Shown here piece after piece: positions 57,781-64,000 of a stretch of 64,000 bases of DNA. Both the position numbers and the translations under genes were made by a program. Source of the DNA: a virus. Each line of letters begins with the position of its first letter. Position 1 is the stretch's first letter. The notes under the pieces were generated by a model that was not told where the DNA came from, made no database searches, and saw nothing but the letters and a program-made list of their open reading frames with translations. The stretch is from positions 64,001 to 128,000 of IMG/VR virus record IMGVR_UViG_3300042691_053605; one strand, given 5' to 3'.

Positions 57781-57919
57781 ATTCTTTGATGTATTTGATT
57801 GATTCAGATGATCCTATAAGCATATCAGCTTTTTGGTAATACTGAAGTGCTTTTGGATTTGTCTCAAGTTCTTTTTTCAGTGTATGTATCTCGGGTACAA
57901 ACTTCTTATTAAAGCTCAT
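57770..57919 (-). CDS. Small protein (49 aa), not in ORF track
   Basis: MSFNKKFVPE...; ATGA-coupled to upstream gene. Confidence 0.55.
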   Translation of the reverse strand: MSFNKKFVPEIHTLKKELETNPKALQYYQKADMLIGSSESIKYIKEYEN

Positions 57920-58119
57920 CTTTTAAAGTGTAGATAATAGGTTGAGTCTTTATCAAATTGGTAGCCTCCATTTTTTGTAATTACAATTCCCAGCTTTTTT
58001 ATAGCTGCTACAAAAGAGGTTTCTTTCATAATACCTGCATCGACCATTTTTTTGTAGGCAACAATGAAGTCTACTAGTTCAGGCTCAGATACAATGCCGT
58101 TTTCTATTACTTTAATCAT
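57916..58119 (-). CDS. Hypothetical protein
   Basis: Coupled ORF. Confidence 0.55.
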   Translation of the reverse strand: MIKVIENGIVSEPELVDFIVAYKKMVDAGIMKETSFVAAIKKLGIVITKNGGYQFDKDSTYYLHFKR

Positions 58120-58378
58120 TTTCTTTTATTTTTTGTGGTACTTTAAATGTGTGAACAGTATTGGTTGTGGCCACCTCTATCAGTGAAGGATTCGGCCATT
58201 GATTAAATCTCACATTTAAGATAGTGATCTTTTTAAGATCCGCGCAATAGGCTTTTACCAAATCCAGTGAAGCCTCCACTTCGTTCTGTTCAATAATTTC
58301 CTTAATTTTTGCCTTTTGAATTTTGTTAAGCATTTCGTACTTTGGTACGATGTCATTAACGGAATACGCTCTTGCCAT
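58112..58378 (-). CDS. Hypothetical protein downstream of sigma factor
   Basis: TAATG-coupled to sigma gene. Confidence 0.55.
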   Translation of the reverse strand: MARAYSVNDIVPKYEMLNKIQKAKIKEIIEQNEVEASLDLVKAYCADLKKITILNVRFNQWPNPSLIEVATTNTVHTFKVPQKIKEND

Positions 58379-58986
58379 TAGAATAGTTTATTTTGATTAG
58401 ATAGTTTCTTTAAGAGTTCTTTGCCTTTTTTCAATTTATACCATACAATATTTATATCACAACCAATTTCCTGAGCAATCTCTTCATGAGAATACCCTTT
58501 GAAATACTTTAGTGAAATCGCTTTTGAAATGTCTTCTGGTAGTTTTGCCACAAGCAGTCTTACAAGTTTTACCACCTGTTCACGATCAATGTTTTGCAAA
58601 ATATCCGTATTGTCCGCTTCAAAAAATTGTGAGGAATCTGCGCCAACTCCGTACGGCTGTGTTTGCACAGTCTTTTTCTTCTTGGGAATGCAGTTAACAT
58701 AGTTATGAAGACACGCAATCATCCAAGTAAAAAACTTGGATTTTTCTGGATCATATTGACGAATCTTTACAAAGGAGTTTCCCATAACCGCCATTACAAT
58801 ATCCTCCAAGTCTTCTTCATCGGCTTGTGGAAGCCTGCGTTTTGCGGCAGTGTACAAGATAGGTTTGTACTTTTGGGCTAATTTGTTATAGGCTTTTTCA
58901 TCGCCATCAATTGCTTCTAAAACCAAGGCCTTATCCTCTTCGTGGGTTAAGTATTTAACGGGCTTATAGCCTTTTCGGATCCTCAT
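58378..58986 (-). CDS. ECF-like sigma-70 family sigma factor
   Basis: Region 2 (GDEKAYNKL...EDIV...FFTWM) and region 4 (KLP...LKYFKGYSHEEIA). Confidence 0.85.
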   Translation of the reverse strand: MRIRKGYKPVKYLTHEEDKALVLEAIDGDEKAYNKLAQKYKPILYTAAKRRLPQADEEDLEDIVMAVMGNSFVKIRQYDPEKSKFFTWMIACLHNYVNCIPKKKKTVQTQPYGVGADSSQFFEADNTDILQNIDREQVVKLVRLLVAKLPEDISKAISLKYFKGYSHEEIAQEIGCDINIVWYKLKKGKELLKKLSNQNKLF

Positions 58987-58992
58987 ACAGTT

Positions 58993-59018
58993 TATATTCC
59001 GGAAGTTGAAAAAGTTTT
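58993..59018 (-). promoter_or_regulatory. ECF-like promoter AAAAC-N14-GAATATA directly upstream of the sigma gene
   Basis: -10 element ends 6 nt before the sigma ATG. Confidence 0.7.
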
Positions 59019-60639
59019 ACTTACGGCTTTCGATAGAATCCCAAGTATCAATAATTGCTTTTGCAAATACCGGTTCACGGCCGGTCCAGCCTGCAAGAAT
59101 TGCTCCGCGGTAAAGATTTTCAGGAAGCACAGAATTGTTGTAACCAGCAACCTGTACAGTAAAGACATTAACTTTTGGATTAACCTTTTTACGATAGTCG
59201 CTCACCAACGCAAGTACATCAATATATGAACCGCGTTTCTTTGGGTGAATGTACTCATTGTATTCATAAGAATTTATACCGTAAAGGTTACCGTGACCGG
59301 CCTGCATATCTGAGTAGATAAAGACGGTATCATAGTGCTTTTTATTTTTAATAGCGTCCTCCCAAAATAGCCAAATGCCGTTCTCAGTTCCGGCTCCTTG
59401 GTTTTGTCCGCGATTAGAAGTTTCCGCTAATTGCGTAAGTAAACCGTTTCTTTTTGAAACTGGCTCAAGAGAAAGACGATCTCCAAATACTCCTACATAT
59501 CCTTCATCTGCCTGTTTGGCCGTAATGAGAGAGGAAAGATTTGCAATTTCTGCAACAGTAACAGTACCGTACTCGGAATTACAGGCGCCCCAAGCAGATC
59601 CACTGTTATCACTTAAGCATGCAACTTTTCCAGCCAACTTTGGCATATTTTCTACTGCGACATCCATACATACCTCGATAGCGTCAAGCACCATTTGTTT
59701 ATTGTGGATATTCGCAGACTTTACTGCTTTATATGCGCTCCAATAACGAAACGGAAACTGTTTGCCTGAAAGAACTGTGTGCTGCAATTGATCCAGAATC
59801 TTTTTAGCGGTTTCACGGTTTTCTACTTCAGTAAAAATACCTCGTAGGTTTCGCAAAAGAGCCATGTGAGGGATTCGGATTTGCTTAATAATTTCCTCCC
59901 AAGTTTTACCAGAAGAACGAAGAGATTCCCAAGTCATTTCAGTACTTTCCACTTTTATTGTACCGGTTTTCATCAATTCGTTAATGTCCGTGCTGTTGGC
60001 ATGTGACAGGCGAACCAGGTCAATTAAAGACTTTCCTTTGTACTTATTCAATTGGTAACGGCTATACTCCGCCAAACGCTCAGCCCATGTACGCTTTAAT
60101 AAAGAAGGCAAGCCGTTTTTAGAACCGTTAACAAACATATAGTAATTCAATTGATTTGTCAAGTCATCTGGACGGCCTGCAATCGCTTTACCAATAGTTT
60201 TCATATAACCAGGATTTGCCTCGTTAAAAGCAACGCGGTTTTCATGCAAGGTTGCTCTTACATAAATAACGGCTGGATTCAAACGCATGTTATAGACTTC
60301 ACGAAGTTCTTTTGCAAAATCCAAGGTTGCCTTAAAATCTGTGCTTAGCGCTGCATCAATTGACGCGGTAAAGATATCAACCGCGGTATCAGAGCCAAAT
60401 GCCTCATTAAAAATATCGTACTCACGAGCAGATAAGTGCTTACTGATAGTTTTTTCCGTGCCTAGTCCATCACGGTAATACTGCGGCTCACCAAAAATGG
60501 AGGAGGCTGCTACAATTCGAAGAGTATCAAGTGGGTTAAGCGTGTAAGAAGTGCCACCCATGAAATTTTGCACCGAGGTTTCTGCTAACTTATTCAGTGT
60601 TGCAGTTTCTTTGTTACCGTACTGTGTTAATCTGCTCAT
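59017..60639 (-). CDS. rsr: Ro60/TROVE-domain RNA-binding protein with vWA domain
   Basis: YQLNKY, IPHMALLRNLR, KQFPFRY, vWA DNSGS, YSDMQ; 540 aa. Confidence 0.92.
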   Translation of the reverse strand: MSRLTQYGNKETATLNKLAETSVQNFMGGTSYTLNPLDTLRIVAASSIFGEPQYYRDGLGTEKTISKHLSAREYDIFNEAFGSDTAVDIFTASIDAALSTDFKATLDFAKELREVYNMRLNPAVIYVRATLHENRVAFNEANPGYMKTIGKAIAGRPDDLTNQLNYYMFVNGSKNGLPSLLKRTWAERLAEYSRYQLNKYKGKSLIDLVRLSHANSTDINELMKTGTIKVESTEMTWESLRSSGKTWEEIIKQIRIPHMALLRNLRGIFTEVENRETAKKILDQLQHTVLSGKQFPFRYWSAYKAVKSANIHNKQMVLDAIEVCMDVAVENMPKLAGKVACLSDNSGSAWGACNSEYGTVTVAEIANLSSLITAKQADEGYVGVFGDRLSLEPVSKRNGLLTQLAETSNRGQNQGAGTENGIWLFWEDAIKNKKHYDTVFIYSDMQAGHGNLYGINSYEYNEYIHPKKRGSYIDVLALVSDYRKKVNPKVNVFTVQVAGYNNSVLPENLYRGAILAGWTGREPVFAKAIIDTWDSIESRK

Positions 60640-60662
60640 ATATGTATGTTTTAATTGTTTCT

Positions 60663-60703
60663 AAAAAAGAAAACCCCGCCAAGTTGTTTACTGGCGGGGT
60701 TTC
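60663..60703 (-). terminator. Strong intrinsic terminator between the ncRNAs and the Ro60 gene
   Basis: GAAACCCCGCCA/TGGCGGGGTTTT stem followed by CTTTTTT. Confidence 0.85.
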
Positions 60704-60742
60704 AGAATAGCAAGGTTTACCAAGTAAACCTTTAATGTCTTT

Positions 60743-60814
60743 CCGAGAATATTGAAGTTGCGTGTGTTTTGTTCGAAATAGTTGAATTAGAAGTAACGCA
60801 TCTTCCCGCTTCGG
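60743..60814 (-). ncRNA. Candidate Y-RNA-like RNA, short copy (core about 72 nt)
   Basis: Ends pair (CCGA/UCGG; GAAG-UGCGU/ACGCA-CUUC); shares GAAGCGG, GUUACUUC, UAAUUCAAC, UAUUCUC with the long copy; next to Ro60 gene. Confidence 0.65.
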
Positions 60815-60827
60815 TCAGTATATAAAG

Positions 60828-61050
60828 TCCTTATTTCCTGAGAATAATCTGATGAGTGATTGACGGTTACGCCGCCGAATCGTCCCCGAATTTCTAGTCA
60901 AGAGGATAAAACCGGGCTACTTGTTGAACGCCTTCTATCGAAGGTGCCGGCTTTCTGTAGCAGTACTTGGCCTGTGTTAGATTCAGCCTCGGCTGAATCC
61001 GTTGAATTATAGTCTTGAAGTAACCCATTACAGCCGCTTCAGGATAAGGA
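60828..61050 (-). ncRNA. Candidate Y-RNA-like RNA, long copy (about 223 nt)
   Basis: Ends pair (UCCUUAU-CCUGA/UCAGG-AUAAGGA; CUG-AUGGGU/ACUCAU-CAG); internal hairpins; same motifs as short copy. Confidence 0.7.
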
Positions 61051-61094
61051 TTAGAAATTTAAGAACGTTTTGTAATTTTTTGAATTACAGATTC

Positions 61095-61120
61095 TATATT
61101 CACCAGGATTAATTAGTTTC
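61095..61120 (-). promoter_or_regulatory. ECF-like promoter GAAAC-N14-GAATATA driving the ncRNA pair
   Basis: Same motif and spacing; no tracked ORF between it and the terminator at 60663-60703. Confidence 0.65.
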
Positions 61121-61150
61121 GGTGGTTGTTAACTTTTTTTTATTTTGCAC

Positions 61151-61176
61151 AAAAAAAGACACCGTAGTGTCTTTTT
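61151..61176 (-). terminator. Intrinsic terminator with C(UACG)G tetraloop
   Basis: GACAC-TACG-GTGTC-T7 on minus strand, after 61190 stop. Confidence 0.8.
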
Positions 61177-61189
61177 CAAATAAGGTTTA

Positions 61190-61606
61190 TTAGTCGCGAG
61201 CTCCTACAAAATATGTAATTGTGGCAGAACGAATAGGATCGTTATTTCGTGCTTCAATTTTAATTCCTGCAGAATCTGCTGCGTACACCGGAAGGTATAA
61301 AACATCGCCAGGAATTAATCGTGCAAAATAAGCAGAGTCATTTGTAGTATTGTTAGTAATATACAAATCAATTGAATACCCTGCTGAATTAGCGCTTGCG
61401 GATTCGGCGTACAAATAAAGAATGCCAGAATTTCCTAACAAACTATTATTTGTAAAAAGCGTTTCAATTTCAGCAGCAGGTATTACGTTTGACTGAAATG
61501 CTCCGTATTCTCCACCAATTTGTTCTGTCGAAATTTTTGTTACATTGATCGGTGTAGGAAACAGTGTAGTGGACTCAAGTTTAACGGTAGTTTTTAGTGT
61601 TGACAT
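61190..61606 (-). CDS. Hypothetical beta-rich protein (possible virion component)
   Basis: 138 aa; FARLIPGD...LP motif. Confidence 0.55.
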   Translation of the reverse strand: MSTLKTTVKLESTTLFPTPINVTKISTEQIGGEYGAFQSNVIPAAEIETLFTNNSLLGNSGILYLYAESASANSAGYSIDLYITNNTTNDSAYFARLIPGDVLYLPVYAADSAGIKIEARNNDPIRSATITYFVGARD

Positions 61607-61627
61607 TTTTATTTACAATCTTTTTTC

Positions 61628-62038
61628 TTAGTTTTCAGCGGGAGCTTCTGTTGCAGATTCATCCTCTGATACTGGTTCTACCGTTTCAGATACGGGTTCT
61701 ACTACTGGCTCTTCCGCTTTAACCGGCTTTACAATTTCCTTGTACTCAATAACTGCAGAAAATGAAAGTCCATAATCAAGTACCGCGGAATCATCTGCTA
61801 GAATTCCGTTTTTTCCGCGTAGTTCTACCTCTTTGATTCCAGTGAAAAGGTTTAGCTTTTCTTTAATCTTTTCTTTAAGTTCGTTTGCAGTAAAAGTGGC
61901 GTCTTTTGAGCCTGCATTTACGTTAAACCCTTTTTTAGCTGAAAGCTCTTTTACATAAACAGGGGCATCCGTGCTATTTTTTGTGTTGCGGTTTGCAACT
62001 ACTTCTCTATAAATTTCTGCTGTTATTGTATAGTTCAT
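61628..62038 (-). CDS. Hypothetical protein with acidic PVxE-repeat tail
   Basis: EPVVEPVSETVEPVSE C-terminus. Confidence 0.55.
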   Translation of the reverse strand: MNYTITAEIYREVVANRNTKNSTDAPVYVKELSAKKGFNVNAGSKDATFTANELKEKIKEKLNLFTGIKEVELRGKNGILADDSAVLDYGLSFSAVIEYKEIVKPVKAEEPVVEPVSETVEPVSEDESATEAPAEN

Positions 62039-62061
62039 AATGTGTTATTTCTTTTTTGATA

Positions 62062-63999
62062 TTAGTCGTTCCACCAATCGTAATCGTTAATAACTATGTT
62101 TGGATCATTTTCACCAATAGTAATTGTTTTATGATTAAGCAAATTTGATAACATAAAACACTTATACGTATCTGCAGCAGAGTTTCTTAATAAGAAGAAC
62201 GATCTGTTATTTACCGTGTTACTTATATTAACAATTGGCAATCCCGAATCAAATGAATAGAGTTTTTTCAAATTCAAATCATATACATCATATTGCCAAT
62301 TGCTATTTTTTGTAGGGTCTGCATAGCCGAAAATAAAGTTCTTTTCAGATATTGACCAGTCAAATGATTCAGTGTACACAGAAGGAGCTATTTGTACTTC
62401 ATTGGAAATTGTTCCGCCGGAAAGAATTCTTGCTTGAATTGAAAGCGGATTGTCTATAGAAACTAAAAGCATAAATCCACTGCTTAACCCGGTTGTTGAA
62501 ACTCCCCAATTAGGTGTGTATACTCCATATTCTTTAGTGAGATTCACCCATTTGTTGGTTTTTACATTAAAATAATAGCTAGTATTAAGAGGACTCCACA
62601 ATATGCTGTTTCTTTCCCAAATAGTAAAATTTTGATTATCATCGTTTACCGTTACTGTGTCAAGAATAGCAGCTCCTTTAATAACAGAAACCGTGGAATA
62701 TGCTGGGCCGTCTCCATCATTATCTCCGGTATAAAATAAAACACGGTAGTCGCCAGCCGGAAACCATTGATGCGAATCGTTTGAATATACGTTAATTAGG
62801 TTTGCAATTACTTGAAAGGATGTAGGTTCGCCGGTTTTTGTTAGTACTAAAGAATTAAGAGCCCCGCTGGTAGAATCCTCAGACCATAAAAGCTGAGCAT
62901 CCGTATTAGTAGGATTTACTGAATTAAGAGCTACAAATAGAGTGCTGTTGGTGGTAACTGTATGAGTACGCAAATTACCGTCGTCTATGATGTAATGAAG
63001 ATCCAGGAATGTAACTTCGGTTCCGGTTAGCCAATCAAAATTGGTGTCTATTGTTTTATGAAAAGCAACAACAACAGAATCACGGTTATATTCTCTTTTG
63101 GAGATTAAACTATATGTGTTTCCTGAAATAGTAAAATTTGGATAGTTTACGCCTCTTGGATGGACCCATGTTTTGTCCTCTCCAATCATTCTTCCAGTCT
63201 TTTGATTGTAATTAAATAAAATATAGTCCTTTGTTGTATCATCGTTATTTAGTAGAACCACTTGCAATCCAGTAGATCCATAAAATTGGTATTCGAAGTC
63301 TGTTATGGAATCGGCTACATCAAGAGTAATCTTTTTAAGAAGAGATCCACTTAGATCAAAAATACTAAAAGAGAGGTACAATCCACTGTCATCATCAAAT
63401 TCTGTTACAAAGCAAAAATTGGTATAATCATATAAATAGACATCGTAAATAATAAGAGTATCGTCGTAATTTGTGTCGGCTAATAGGGTTTTTCTATCGC
63501 CTTTAATTAAATAATGTGTTTCTTGTCCAACTATTCCATCACGCTCAAATACATATAACGCAAATGTTCCGTTAGCTGCGGAATCGTCATAAGTGAATTC
63601 GGGGGAAATGCTGGTTGCGTTGTAAAATTCATGATTGTAAATTGCGTCGCCGTCAAAATGTTTCCAACGAAGATAAAGGCCATCTGTATATTTGATTCCA
63701 AATCCTTTTCCGCTAAACGTATATGTAGAATGCGTTACATTGTTTGTGTTAAATTGCTCTATTAATCTACCTTTTGCATCTACAAAATAGAAAAGATTGT
63801 ATCCAACCTCGATATTGCCAAAACGAATAATGTACCCTTTGTTTTGAACAAAGTATTCCAGATTCATGGTCCATTCGTTTATCAAAAAACCGGTGTCGTA
63901 CTCCTCAGTAGGAACACAAGAAGCAGAATCCATTATGAAGTATTTCCAAGTAGTAGAACTATCGTAAGAAAAAATAATAGCGCTTTGACCAGCAGCGTC
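62062..63999 (-). CDS. Large beta-rich protein, 5' end outside window (possible virion/beta-propeller protein)
   Basis: Frame stays open from 63933 to the window edge. Confidence 0.65.
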   Translation of the reverse strand, partial: DAAGQSAIIFSYDSSTTWKYFIMDSASCVPTEEYDTGFLINEWTMNLEYFVQNKGYIIRFGNIEVGYNLFYFVDAKGRLIEQFNTNNVTHSTYTFSGKGFGIKYTDGLYLRWKHFDGDAIYNHEFYNATSISPEFTYDDSAANGTFALYVFERDGIVGQETHYLIKGDRKTLLADTNYDDTLIIYDVYLYDYTNFCFVTEFDDDSGLYLSFSIFDLSGSLLKKITLDVADSITDFEYQFYGSTGLQVVLLNNDDTTKDYILFNYNQKTGRMIGEDKTWVHPRGVNYPNFTISGNTYSLISKREYNRDSVVVAFHKTIDTNFDWLTGTEVTFLDLHYIIDDGNLRTHTVTTNSTLFVALNSVNPTNTDAQLLWSEDSTSGALNSLVLTKTGEPTSFQVIANLINVYSNDSHQWFPAGDYRVLFYTGDNDGDGPAYSTVSVIKGAAILDTVTVNDDNQNFTIWERNSILWSPLNTSYYFNVKTNKWVNLTKEYGVYTPNWGVSTTGLSSGFMLLVSIDNPLSIQARILSGGTISNEVQIAPSVYTESFDWSISEKNFIFGYADPTKNSNWQYDVYDLNLKKLYSFDSGLPIVNISNTVNNRSFFLLRNSAADTYKCFMLSNLLNHKTITIGENDPNIVINDYDWWND

Positions 64000-64000
64000 T

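Noticed and set aside
2130-60348. Numerous short + strand and nested ORFs in the ORF track
   Set aside because: Antisense or out-of-frame shadows of well-supported minus-strand genes with no recognisable motifs
60849-60895. CTGATGA on the + strand suggesting a hammerhead ribozyme
   Set aside because: No GAAA core after a stem II; the motif is explained as the complement of the long RNA's closing helix
60743-61050. tRNA, tmRNA or canonical YrlA call for the ncRNAs (GTTCGAA at 60771; UAGAAAUUCGGGGACG segment)
   Set aside because: No cloverleaf, no T-stem around the TTCGA, no CCA end or tag ORF recognisable
60743-61050. Repeated motifs as a mini CRISPR array
   Set aside because: Only two degenerate units of very different length; no cas genes in window
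1-64000. Alternative genetic code (stop-codon recoding)
   Set aside because: Long uninterrupted ORFs and dense packing in the standard code; TAG and TGA both end genes normally

Overview
A 64-kb piece of a large (jumbo-type) myovirus with distant T4-like organisation. It is AT-rich, reads cleanly in the standard code, and is almost entirely on the minus strand. The host is most likely Bacteroidota (inferred from A-rich leaders without Shine-Dalgarno sites, a DUF4494-like gene and SSC lipoboxes). Layout: (i) 0.2-1.9 kb SET, PhoH and HAD genes; (ii) 1.9-24.6 kb baseplate/neck/tail module that also holds an amidoligase and a ribosomal S1 homologue; (iii) 24.6-39 kb mostly late genes, many with a T4-type capsid-targeting N-terminus, plus a lysis cassette (L,D-transpeptidase-like protein, GH19 endolysin, holin-like protein) directly downstream of a complete two-component system (two histidine kinases, one stand-alone receiver); (iv) 39-46.5 kb accessory genes; (v) 46.5-57.5 kb cytosine hypermodification locus (dCMP hydroxymethylase-like enzyme, dNMP kinase, T4 AGT- and BGT-like and two other glycosyltransferases, two atypical C5-methyltransferases, NDP-sugar enzymes); (vi) ECF-like sigma factor, a Ro60/TROVE gene, and two related structured RNAs upstream (Y-RNA candidates) with their own promoter and terminator. 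Two promoter classes can be read from the DNA: AAC-N14-GAATATA (7 copies, ECF-like) and GATAWATA (late-like). Strongest candidate systems: the lysis-linked two-component pathway, the Ro60 plus non-canonical Y-RNA pair, and an apparently clamp-tethered DNA hypermodification machine. All calls come from motif recognition by eye; no searches were run.
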